A stretch of 64,000 bases of DNA from the human T2T-CHM13v2.0 reference genome, Homo sapiens, in the NCBI RefSeq assembly GCF_009914755.1, contig NC_060933.1; one strand, written 5' to 3'. Numbering within the stretch: the stretch's first letter is position 1; each line of letters starts with the position of its first letter. A program made the position numbers and the translations under genes. Positions 27,841 through 39,543 of the stretch are shown one piece after another. The notes under the pieces were generated by a model. The model had not been told where the DNA came from, did no database searches, and was given only the letters and a program-made list of their open reading frames with translations.

Positions 27841-28823
27841 CGCGTCAGTGTTTTTAAAGCTCCTTAGGTTATTCCATGTGCAGTCGAGATTGAGAACCAT
27901 CTGGCCAGAGTGGAGAGTTTGGCTGGTTTGATTGGGAGACAGTACAGTGCGAGGTTTTTGTAATACTTCACTATAGATGTGCAAGCCATCATTCTTCACT
28001 AAGCCAGTATTCCCTAACCTTGCCCAATGAGACTTGCCAGGGATTCTTGTTAACAACATAGATTTCTGGCCTCTATGAACTGGGGAGTACAGGGCCTGGT
28101 GGAGGGTAGGGAGGGATCAGCTTTGTGTGTGGACTGTGATTCTGGGCTCTTCCATATGGACATTTCCTACCAGTTGCAAGTTCACCATAACCTTCAGGAA
28201 CCTGTGTATTTAATGAACTGTTCAGGTGAGTCTTATGGTCAGGCTAGCTGGGGTGACGCTAGGTCTGCCAGGCGAGACCATTAGAAGCCTGTGCACCTGC
28301 ACTGCGGTTCATCCACAGAATTGCTCTTCCCAAGGTACTCTTGGACTGATGCCATCGCCCTGTGATGCCATTGTCCTTGTTGTGTTTACTGTGCACACTT
28401 CCCCGGCCACCTTATTTAATATTGCCTTCTGCCAAATATGTGCAAATACTGTCATACCCACAGTTCTTCCCCGTCTGTGTTGTTTGCTTTGTTTACATTA
28501 CATAGCACTTTTCAGGAATAAAATTAATTTATTTATCTAGTCTCTATCTATACCACTAGATTGAAATCCTCCTGAGGGAAGGATTTTTATTTTTATTTTT
28601 TTTCATTTGAGTGCAATATTCCCAGCACCAAGAACAGTGCCTAGCATACAGTAGGCACTTGATACATATTAAGTAAATGCGAGGGTATTATTGGAGAATG
28701 AAGGGAGGGACTTGTCTGTTTCAGCATCAGTAGTCATTGTGCTTGTTTTGAATGTCATGGTGCTGTGAATCATGGAAATAGGTGTTTCTGTCTTTGTATA
28801 GGCCACTCAAAAATCATTGCCTA

Positions 28824-28949
28824 AGCCAGGTACATTGGGACACCCATAGTCCCAGGTAGTCAGGAGGCTGAGGTGGAGGATTGCTTGAGCCCAGGAGCTT
28901 GAGGCCAGTTTGGGCAACATAGTGAGACCCCATCTCTTATAAAAAAAAG
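28824..28949 (+). mobile_element. Alu monomer (FLAM-like)
   Basis: Single arm GGAGGATTGCTTGAGCCCAGGAG...GACCCCATCTC with A-tail. Confidence 0.82.
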
Positions 28950-29263
28950 AGTCATCACCATATTTCTGTCCATTTTCTGCTAGGTCTGAACTAAATAACT
29001 TATGTGTCACGTACGAACTTCTAACCTTTCCCCCCCCAGTTTAATTTATCTTGCTGTATTGCGTGTATCTCTGCAAACTATCTAAATCTTCTTTGGAAAC
29101 TGGCTGGCTGAAAGGAAGTACTATTTAATCAGATTCGATGAGAAGGTCTTAACTTCAGCCCTCTAGGTCTGGGAGATTAAAACCTTGGATTCTAGGTGGT
29201 AGAGGATAATTTTTTTTTGAATGAATTTCTTTTTATTTATTTATTTATTTTTTTCCTTTTTAG

Positions 29264-29414
29264 GATAGAATTTTTGCGGCATTTGAAGAGCTTTTTCCAG
29301 ATTATGTTTAAAATTGAAACCAAGCCATGTGGTGAAGAACTCAAGGGTGGGGATAAAGTGCTGATGACCTGTGTTGGCATTGGTTTCTCCAACCTTAGCA
29401 AGACCCTCAAGTGA
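29264..29414 (+). CDS. RCL1: RCL1 last coding exon (exon 9), IEFLRHLKSFFQIMFK...CVGIGFSNLSKTLK*
   Basis: Long T-rich tract then tag|G; AC+G gives Thr in frame; TGA at 29412-29414; Rcl1 C-terminal GxGF/YxN motif. Confidence 0.96.
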
Positions 29415-29554
29415 TAACCATCACAAGATAAGGCCCCAGTGCCTACAGACAAAGCAGAAGCTGCCACGGACACCAATGGGACCAAGTCCAAATGGATTAA
29501 TCCAGGACAGAATAGCCACTTGCTTAATTTTCTGTGAAGAAATATCAATATACA

Positions 29555-29560
29555 AATAAA
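29555..29560 (+). terminator. Proximal polyadenylation signal AATAAA
   Basis: Canonical hexamer ~140 nt after the stop, with GT/T-rich sequence downstream. Confidence 0.6.
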
Positions 29561-30183
29561 AGACATCCCTGTAGCATATGGTTTCCAGCTGTTTCTCCAG
29601 TGGCATTGCCATTGCCCAGGAGGGGCCCAGTCACCATGAGAGCTCCCTTGCCTTACCTGGAGGAAGAATGTGCCTTCAGGCCACAGTCGTGCTGCTAGAA
29701 CAGTCTCGTAGCTGCAGTTCAGCTGTGCTTCCTCAGCCTACTATCATAGGCTTCCTCAGCCCTCTGTCATATGGCTGTTTTGCAAACCTGTGGAGTCTGT
29801 TACTGTTCTTTCTGCAAGGACTCACCTCCTTGAGCCTTGGTTTTTGTTGTAGGGATTAAATGAGATAATATGAGTGGCAGCTCTTCATGAGTCCTGCAGT
29901 GCTAAGCAAATGTCAGAAATTGGTGTATTAGACTATTTATCTTTGATCTTCTGAATGGATTGCTGTCATGGACACGGACACGGATCTTCATCTGGTTCAT
30001 TGTATTTATATGTGAGGGATGGATGGCTGCGGGGCTCCAAGTAAGTTATTGGGATGTTTTTATATTCCAGGTGTGCTGTACGTTCTTATTTTATTTTCAC
30101 AATAGCTCTGTGATGTAAGTGCTATCTCCATGAGAAAATTCATAAAGGGTGTTTTGTTCCTTTGAAATGTATAATGTAAAGAC

Positions 30184-30189
30184 ATTAAA
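30184..30189 (+). terminator. Distal polyadenylation signal ATTAAA
   Basis: Variant hexamer preceded by two TGTA (CFIm) motifs at 30168 and 30175 and followed by GTGT elements. Confidence 0.65.
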
Positions 30190-30220
30190 TCTCCTCATTT
30201 AAGGATCTAAGTGTAATAAG

Positions 30221-30635
30221 TGTAATAGAGTCAGGGTCTGGGATTTTACCCTTGCAAGCTAATAAGTTAGATTATTACTTTTTTATTGATGCTACCAGAA
30301 GACATGAGGATCCTGGGTCAGAGATAAAGAACTTTACTCAGCATAGCAAGCAGCATGAACTTCGTGTTTATATTGGTTTCCCCTGTCTCACAGTGGACAT
30401 GGAGGGGCCCAGGTAGATGCTATGCATGTTACAAGTTTGCATCATAGCCAAAGAACTTGTTATGTTTGGGGACTCCACCTATTTCATGGCAAGCCTGTTG
30501 TTTCACGTGCAGAGATTACTTCATCCCTTAAGACTGCCTCCTGCAAACACAGTTTTGAGAAAGAACCCAGGCAAGAGCCTGCCCAGCAAGAATATGCAGG
30601 AATACCAGGATCCATGGCAGATTTCCCCTGCCAGC
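30221..30635. mobile_element. Probable old ERV/ERVL-class LTR (family uncertain)
   Basis: Starts TG; sequence resembles old LTR consensus as I recall it; not verified. Confidence 0.45.
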
Positions 30636-32376
30636 TAATAGAGTCTGCATTTGATATGTGCATAGGCTTGAAGTTTGTAGAAGGGGAAAGATGTACTTCT
30701 TTCTACTTGAATTCCAAATGGTGTCCTCCCCCGGGGGTGAACTTTGCCTCATCACTCCCTCTCGGTACCTTTTGCTTTTTAAGTGAAAAGGGGCTAGAGA
30801 AAGGCTGTGCTTTGATGTCTAGGGGTGTGGGAGGATGTGGAGGTAGAGAGTTAACCTTGAGGAAGGCCAGGACATTCTGGACTATGACATTCTACTGAGA
30901 GCTTTACATACTGTATTGGTAATATGCTCTTGGTATATAACAAATGCTCACAAACTTAGTAGCTTAAAACAATACCTCTTTATCATTTCACAGTTCTGAA
31001 GGTCAGATATCCAGGCAGGGCTTGGTTGGATTCTCTGCTTAGAGTCTCATAAGGCTGATATCAGGGTGTGTGTCACCTGGGCTGGGCTCAGCTCTCATCT
31101 GAAGGCTCTGGGAAAGAATGTGCTTCCAGCTCATTCAGGTTGTCGACAGAATTCAGGGTTGTAGGACTGAAGTCACCTGTTTTCTTCCCATTTTTCTTGC
31201 TGGCTGTGAGCTGTGGACAACTCTTAGCATATAGACAGGCACTGTCCGTATTTCTGTTCACTTGGTCTCCCCTACCTTCAAGCTGGCAATGGTGCATGGA
31301 ATCCTGGTACTTTGGATTCACCTTCCGTTTGATACCAGCTGGAGAAAACATTGCTTAAAAATGACTCATAGCACAATAGTCCTACCTGGATTATCTCCCT
31401 ATCTTAAGGTCAACTGACAACAGCAATACTAGATTTGTGTTTAAATAACCAGGGGCTGGGAATCGTGGATTACCATCTAAGAATTTTGCCTGCCACACAT
31501 ACTGCAGTCTTACCTAGTGCCGCTGACGTTCGAACTCAGATCTGCCCATATAGAGCTCAAATCCAGAACTAAGGGGCACATTGCTTTTGGAATATCACAT
31601 ACCTGCCGTTCCTTGTACAAGCTCTGGAAATGGTGCTGTTGGTCAATGTAGGGTGGCACATAGAGGCCAGGCAGATTACTATAAGCAGTAGAGGGGATAT
31701 GTGCTACTGTCTGCTGCAAACCTGGAAGTGTCTGGTGTGGTTCCAGCCCTGCATTTGGCAAAGCTGCTTCTGGAGTTGGAACATCTTGCAGGAATGGTGA
31801 TGGTATTGCCAAAAAGAGGACAAATTTAATATTTATTTAAACAGCTCACTCCCAGCCCCTTCTCAAATTCCCAAGAGAAGCAATGTACCATTCCTTCGGG
31901 AAGAAGTCATCCTTTGCTGTTTGCTGGGACATCTTAGAGACTATTCAAATCCTGCATTCTCTTCCTTTTTTCTAGCTTAGCTCCTGGTCGGTCCACTTAC
32001 TTGCTGGGGTAGCTTGAAGCGAGAGATTCCAGCGTTTTGGGGCTTGGTTTTCTATCTTGGTCTGTCTGTTCCTTTCTGCTGATAGAGATAGACCATTCTG
32101 AGTTAACGGCAGCAGTTGTTCAATGGGAGTGTGAGTTTTTTAGGCAGATAAACCTGTGAACTTGCTGGGGGTCATGGCAGTATCATTCTTTGCCTTCTTG
32201 TCATCTACAAGGCCCTGCTTCTGTCTTTCAACATCCTTTAACTACATTCCATGCAGACTCCAGCCAGCCTCCATCATGATGATTTTACCATAGTGGTCAA
32301 AACAGTTGCTAACGGGTGGGAGGCAGCCAGTGTGTTGCAACATGACATGTTGATTGGGAAGGAGCAACAGGAGGAC
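30630..32376 (-). pseudogene. Candidate decayed multi-exon gene remnant (exons ~32376/32343-32001, 31808-31514, 30793-~30630); family not recognised
   Basis: Minus-strand donors GTAAGT (32000-31995) and AG|GTAAGA (31513); acceptors pyrimidine tract+GG (31810-31809, presumed mutated AG) and ctttctctAG (30795-30794); junction phases compatible; middle exon open for 97 codons; three in-frame stops in the flanking exons. Confidence 0.5.
30910..31498 (-). mobile_element. MLT1 (MaLR) LTR
   Basis: AACTTAGTAGCTTAAAACAA...TCACAGTTCTG signature; ends CTGCCACA. Confidence 0.8.
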
Positions 32377-32429
32377 CTGCTGAATTACACATTGCCCTCA
32401 CTGGGCAGCTAAGCCTCAGGGGTTTTGTT

Positions 32430-32635
32430 CTTTTAAAAAAAAATTAAATTCTTTTTTGAGTCAGGGTCTCACCCAGGCTAGAGTGCAGTGGTGCAGTCCT
32501 AGCTCACTGTAACCTCAAACTCCTGTGCTCAAGTGATCCTCTTGCCTCAGCTTCCCAAGTAGCTGGGACTATAGGCATGAGCCACTGTACCCAGCTAATT
32601 AAAAAAAATTTTTTTAGAGATGTTGTCCAGGCTGG
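32430..32635 (-). mobile_element. AluJ-like fragment
   Basis: Antisense right arm and partial left arm. Confidence 0.8.
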
Positions 32636-32639
32636 AGTT

Positions 32640-32815
32640 TTTGTGTTTTTGTTTTTGTTTTTCCAATTTAATTTTAAGTTCTGGGATACCTGTGCAGGAC
32701 GTGCAGGTTTGTTACATAGATAAACATGTGCCATGGTGGTTTCCTGCACCCATCCACCCATCACCTAGGTATTAAGCCCAGGGTGCATTAGCTATTTATC
32801 CTGATGCTCTCCCTT
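32640..32815 (-). mobile_element. L1PA 3' end fragment
   Basis: GTGCAGGTTTGTTACATAG...CCATGGTGGTTT...CTAGGTATTAAGCCC. Confidence 0.88.
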
Positions 32816-34729
32816 CTGGGTTTTCTTTATTTTAAAAAATCATTTCCAAAAAAGTGGTAAAGGATAGCTAATCACAGACCCAAATTATAAAAACAAAAAT
32901 TCAAGTTGTACCATGGTGCCTGTCCTCACACCAAACGGCAGAAGACCATGAGGTGGCCATTTCCTGTTAGGTCTTTGTGTTGGGAGGCTGCTAGGTGAGA
33001 CCAATCCTGGCACTTAGTTTTATGGGCCCTGAGTAGAAGAGTTGAAGGTGCTAGAGGGAGGCAAAGGAAGTAGGCAGGATGTTGTACAGAGGGCTGGAAG
33101 CAGTTGATGAAATCAAAGGTAGTTGGGGACACTGGAGCATCAGTGAAACAATTTCCAAAGTTTTGGCCGTGCCTGAGGTGAGGGTGGAGTTCGGCTGGGG
33201 GAGGCGGAATCAGAGTGAGCTAAATAAGTGGATTTACTGTGCCTTCGTTCCAGGGTCTTTGGAGTAGAATGTGGGGTTCTGTTGGCCTTCCCAGTTGGTA
33301 GTGTCAGACCTGGGGTGTACAGGTGGCAATTTTAGTCTGTGATGAGTGGGAATGCAGCACTGCAGGGCCTGTGCCCACCCAGGATCTCCATTGTCCCTTA
33401 CTCCAGAGTGGACGAGAAGTAGTTGGCACTTGGGTTTCCATGTTCAGATGGTGCTGGCCTGTTCTTTAGAAGTGACTGAAAGTTTAATGGGATTGTCAAC
33501 AGGCAAGCTGGGCCTTTTTGTACTTTTCTTGGCCACATCTAAGAGGCCATTTGAGTGGAACGCTTTATCAGTGTTTGGCATCTAACAAAGGCCGAGCCAC
33601 GTCACTCCTTTACTCCAGCAAATGAAAGCTGTCCGGTTGTCAGGGTTTGCCCGGGTGTGGGGCTGCCCTCCTTCCTGGTCGCATTTGGCCCGTACCTGTC
33701 AGGTACCCTGAGCACGGGCCTGGGATCGGCACCTGTTTTAAAACATCCTAGATATTTCAGGTATTCAAGTGTCTCTGAGGGCTCGGGACATTCTTTATTC
33801 CTGTTTCCTCCTCATTCCCACCCCTCTGAAGAGCCTTGTGTCCAAAAATCCTCAGATTGCTTAATTTGTTAATTTATTTCTGCCACAATTTGGGACATTA
33901 CATATTTCAACTGATATAGAAATCAGAGGCCAACTTAAAGACAAAAGATAATGAACGAGCCTGGCTAAAAGATATGTGCCTCCGTGTGTCTGTTCCCTGA
34001 ATACCCTGTTACTATGGCTGCGACAGAGCGCTTGGGCTGCTGCCGGACTCCCTGGGGGCCATCTAGGCAACTGGTCTCCGTCTTGGGAGAAAATGATGCC
34101 CCAAAGGTAAGGTCGGCTGCTGCTTCCTGCTACATCTGGGATGGTGAACCATCCTGAAGTTCTTTGTAATCTTCAAGGAAGTCTGTTAGTGTTTGAAATG
34201 GTACCTGGCTTCAGTTGTGGCAACCCAACCTCAGGCTGTTTTAGGTGCTGTGTGCAAGCACTTGTTTCCTGGACCCTCCCACATGCCCCCCTCTTGGTCC
34301 TAAGCTCTGTTTTGACCACCCTGCTATTTTACCCATTCATTAGACAATGAAAGGCATCGTGCCTAAGATCTATAAGCTTTGAAGGACCTATGAAGTGCTT
34401 GCAAGAAACCAGGAAAAATAATCCTGGCTGCAAATCATGCAAAGAAAAGAGCAAGAAAAATATCTACAAAATAAAACACTGTACAGCTTAATTTTTTTCA
34501 GCTTAATTGTTAAAATATTGAGAATAATATAGGTGAGAATTTCTTTTTTCACAAGATTTATAGTTTTAGTGTCTGTTCTGCCAAAGTGAGCATGTCACAA
34601 GAATTTCTAAGTGCATGCAGTGATTACCAAGGAGTCATAGCTAAGCACATTGAGTTGCTGATCACCAAGCCATTTAAAAGGTAAAATTATAAATAGCTTT
34701 TCAGAGATTTGGATAGGGCTACATTTTTT

Positions 34730-34870
34730 CTTTCTTTCTTTCCTTTCTTAAGTTTTTAAAAAATAGAGACAGGGTTTTGCTGTGTTCTCAAATTCCTGGG
34801 CTCAAATAATCTGCCCACCTCAGCTGCCCAAAATGTTAGGATTACTGGCATGAGCTACCACACCCGGCTG
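34730..34870 (-). mobile_element. Alu left-arm fragment
   Basis: AGAGACAGGGTTTTGC...GGATTACTGGCATGAGCTACCACACCCGGC. Confidence 0.8.
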
Positions 34871-36224
34871 AGCTACATTTTAATATGTGTGGTTCGATAA
34901 TGCTCTCATAACACACCTAGAAAGTAAAACCATCTAAGCCTGCCCCTCCTCCTATGGAGCCACCTCCTCAGTCTTAAAGCCTCAGCTGCTCGTGAGGAAA
35001 CCCTCTATCCTCACAATACACCCACTGCTACATGTTCTCATAGACGCCTCTCCCCGTCCTTATCGTAGTACTCACTGCACCCTGTCGTTGCTTAATTTTC
35101 CTCTCTCTTCACCTATGGTGGTAGGGGCCATCTTTTAAGATCTGGTGTTTCCATGATCTTAAAGTTTTTAAGTTTCTATTAAAAATCAATTATATTATTT
35201 GTGAGAGAAGTTTTTTTTTTTTTCTTTTTGAAATACGTAAAATAAAGCTGGCTGGCTTCTTGAATTTTAGTAGTGCATTGTGGAAATAACACAGGCTTAG
35301 GAATTAGCTATGTTTGAATCCCAGCTGTGTTAGTAGCATTGTGCTGGCCCTCTGTCCTTCTGACCCTTAGTTTGCTCATCTGAAAATGGGAATTACCTTG
35401 TGCCCACCCTGGGATTGAGAAGATTTATTAAACTTGTGTTTGTGCTTAGGATTCTTTTTAGTTGTTTGATCCTTGGTAAAGATTCAAAGCAGATTTCTGC
35501 ATAACAGGTTAATGTCAGAATGAGTCACAGCATTTATCTTTAACATCTAGTACTTGGGTGTACTCAGCTAGAAGACCAGAGACAAGCTATGGCACCTACA
35601 TGTGGGTTGAGGTCAAACTGTCCCATGACATATGTTACAAGAGTTAAAGAGAGGGCCTACAGGCATCTCAGTGAGTTCACCGTGTTCCAACGTGGAGTGC
35701 CAGGATCCATCTAGTCGGCACAGAGGAGAAAGCCTGGCTGACCTGGCAGGTCCTGAAGCCACTGTGTACACCAAACCAAACTGAGTCGTAAGGAACTCCA
35801 TCCTTTCCTCTCCCACCAAGAAAGGAAAAGAATCATAATCTCTAGTTGCCAATTCTGAAATTTTATGTGTCAGCCTACGTTTCCTGTAGCCAGCCTGGGG
35901 CTGCATGAAACATCATGTAATAGAAAAAGTCAAACAAGCCTAAGGCTCTGGTCTTGGGTCTTCTGCCTAAGGCACACCTCTGAGCAAATCATTCAGCTCT
36001 TTGAACCTCAGTTTCCTCATTAGGATATGAACAAAACCTACTGCAAAAGACTATGAAGACTAAGCATGCGTACTGTACAGGCCCTGGCAATACTAGGCAT
36101 TAAAAAACTGTGAGTTGCCTCCTTGACTGGTGGTAGAGCGAAAGATTAGGTTTCATGAGTCCAGAGATACAACAGGAATGTAGAAGTCAGTTTAACTTGG
36201 GTGAGCCCTAAGGCTTTGAATTGA

Positions 36225-36905
36225 ATAGAACATAGTTGCAAATAAGAAATTGACTCAAACAGCAGGATTTATAGGCTTTTTAAACTGAGAAGTTTAGTAG
36301 CGCATTTAGCTTCAGGTAAAGCTGGATCTAGGGGTTCAAACAATGTCATCAGAATTCAACTCTCAGGCTGAGGTGGGAGGATCACTTCAGGCCAGGAGTT
36401 CAAGAATTGAACTCTCTCCCATCTCTGCTTTCTGTTGTGTTGTCTTCCTTCTCCAGCAGGCATTCTTTTTCATATGCTGTTTTTTTTGACAACCCTTAAG
36501 TACTGGATAGAGATTCTCTACCCAATACTGAATCCTAGCTGTGTCAGTAGCATTGGGCTGGGCCTCCATCCTTCTGACCCTTAGTACCCTCATCTGAAAA
36601 TGGGAAATATCTTACCCACCCTGGGATTTATTGGGTAGTGAGTGATTCTCTCTATTCAATACTTAAAAAAAAAAAAAAAACTTTTAAAAAAGCTATCAGA
36701 ATTGTGTCTCCCTCTGTTGAACACAGAGCACCCCAATTGACCAGATCTGGGTCCTGTTCTCATCCCTGGAGTGGTAATGATGTCAGCCTCACCTAAATTG
36801 TACGGACTAAGAGGAAAGGAAGAGTTGATTCTCAAAGGGAAGTCTGAATGCTTTTATAGAAGAGACAATTGATACGGGATAGGCAGAAGGAGCAGTTGTC
36901 CACTG
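36225..36905. mobile_element. Old MLT1-type LTR containing two foreign inserts
   Basis: GCTTCAGGTAAAGCTGGATCTAGGGGTTCAAACAATGTCATCAG block typical of old MLT1. Confidence 0.6.
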
Positions 36906-37311
36906 TAGACTACATTGCCTAATTCCTTGAATATTCTCAGAAAGATGCCCCACAATACTGCCTGCCCACCACCATCTTTCACCATCCAGAATCCTCCAGC
37001 ATTATGGTATAGAATCGAGTAAACAAGGATGAATTCACCTTAACAAATGATGCCCAACAAAGGCAAGATCATTGGACTCAGAAGGCCAAAGTTATCTTGG
37101 ATGCTTGGCAAAGATTTGTTATATTAGCCAGTGGCATTCTTGGGCTAGAAGGGGGAGCAGTACTCTGGGTGGTAACCCAGAGGGAGGAAAAGTGGCAATG
37201 ACCAATTCCATGTGTGGGAGCAGCATGGGTGTTGTGGGCCAAGAGGAGGGGCCGGGGCACAGCGTAAAGAAAAATGTCAGTTGATGTTCTTGTTCTCTAT
37301 CATGGTCCTGC

Positions 37312-37737
<426 letters not shown>

Positions 37738-37944
37738 CATGGTTCTGCTTTTTCTAACCTCTGGAAAACAGATTCAGGAGCTGGGGAGGAAGACCAGGAT
37801 TTTTTGCCCATTGCCAAGATCATGAATTGATGGCAACAATGTCAAGAGCTGCCGGCGGAAGAGCAATGAAGACATATCAAACCTATGACTCCTCCAGTGG
37901 GCGGGAGTGTGAGAGGTGCTTCTCATTTTCAAATGATTTGCACT

Positions 37945-38234
37945 ATTTTTTTTTTTTGGAGATGGAGTCTCACTCACCCAGGCTGGAGTGCAGTGGCATG
38001 ATCTCGGCTTACTGCAACCTCTGCCTCCTGGGTTCCAGCAATTCTCTGCTTCAGCCTCCTGAGTAGCTGGGATTACAGGTGCCCGCCACCACACCTGGCT
38101 AATGTTTTGTATTTTTAGTAGAGTCGGGGTTTCACCATATAGGCCAGGCTGGTCTTGAACTCCTGATCTTGTGATCCACCCTCCTCTGCCTCCCAAAGTG
38201 CTGAGATTACAGGCATGAGCCACTGTGCCCGGCC
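37945..38234 (-). mobile_element. Alu (AluS)
   Basis: Full antisense Alu; TSD GCACTATTTTT. Confidence 0.92.
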
Positions 38235-38368
38235 CGCACTATTTTTTACAGTTATATGTACACACATATATATTTGTATATGTATATATGTTAGTTTATA
38301 TTAAGAATCCCAGGTAGAACTCCAGCAATTTTCCATCAGCCTCAAGGCAAATAAAGATTGGGAATCCT

Positions 38369-38659
<291 letters not shown>

Positions 38660-39236
38660 GATTAGGAATCCTCTTTGTCTCACTCCTCTGCACCCTCAAA
38701 AATCAACAACAACCAAAAACTACATATGCAATTTACCTGTGGCAGAGGCCTCAGAAGAGGCCACAAAAGATGCCTCAGGTGACCTGCTGCAATGCTGGGC
38801 AAGTGGCTTAGGCCCTTGCACATTACCCATTTTCCAGGGCTGGCTCCAGGCTTCTGAGTCAGAGCACTGTGCTCAGCCTCCAAATTAGGGTCTCTTTAGG
38901 GCCAGTGTAGTGCTTCCCAGAGGAGGTTCCATGATACACTAGCATCATGGGGTGCTTTCCCTGAAAAGGGCTTATAGAGGTTTTGAAAATGCAGCAGTCT
39001 CCATCACAGTGTACATTAACAGAGCAAACACTACAAGAAGCCTTGCAAGTGAAGCTTTGTTTTACCTGCACTGTTCAAACTCACCTAACCATGGAACTCT
39101 CCCTACCCTGGAAAAAGAGAGAGAGAGAAAGAGATTGTTTGCATTATGTAGTGCTCTTATTCTGCAGATCACACTTTGGGTGTTCCTGGTCTGATAGGAT
39201 TTATTGATGAATACAGAAAATATAAGCTCTTGCATT

Positions 39237-39543
39237 CTTTTTTTTTTTTTTTTTTTCTGAGACACAGTCTTTCTCTGTCAGGCTGGGGTACAGCGGCGCG
39301 ACCATAGCTCACTGCAGCGTCAACCTCTCCTAGGCTTAAGAGATCTTCCCACCTCAGCCTCCTGAGTAGTAGCTGGGACCACAGGTGTGTACCACCACAC
39401 CTGGCTAGTTTTTAAAAATCTTTTGTAGAGATGAGGTCTTGCTCTGTTGCCCAGGCTGGTCTCAAACGCCTGAGCTCAAGTGATCCTCCTGCCTCGGCCT
39501 CTCAAAGTGCTGAAATTACAGGTGTAAGCCACGGCGCCCAGCC
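39237..39543 (-). mobile_element. AluJ
   Basis: Full antisense Alu; TSD AGCTCTTGCATTCTT. Confidence 0.9.

Larger units (their letters stand above)
29415..30205 (+). other. RCL1: RCL1 3'UTR (3' end approximate)
   Basis: Repeat-free sequence after the stop, ending shortly after ATTAAA at 30184-30189. Confidence 0.75.

Noticed and set aside
29801-29806. miR-101-3p seed match TACTGT in the RCL1 3'UTR (possible host feedback loop)
   Set aside because: Only a 6-mer without m8 or A1 match; expected by chance
30422-30898. 158-aa + strand ORF just after RCL1
   Set aside because: Spans a probable LTR and the antisense of the ghost exon; no supporting splice or promoter structure
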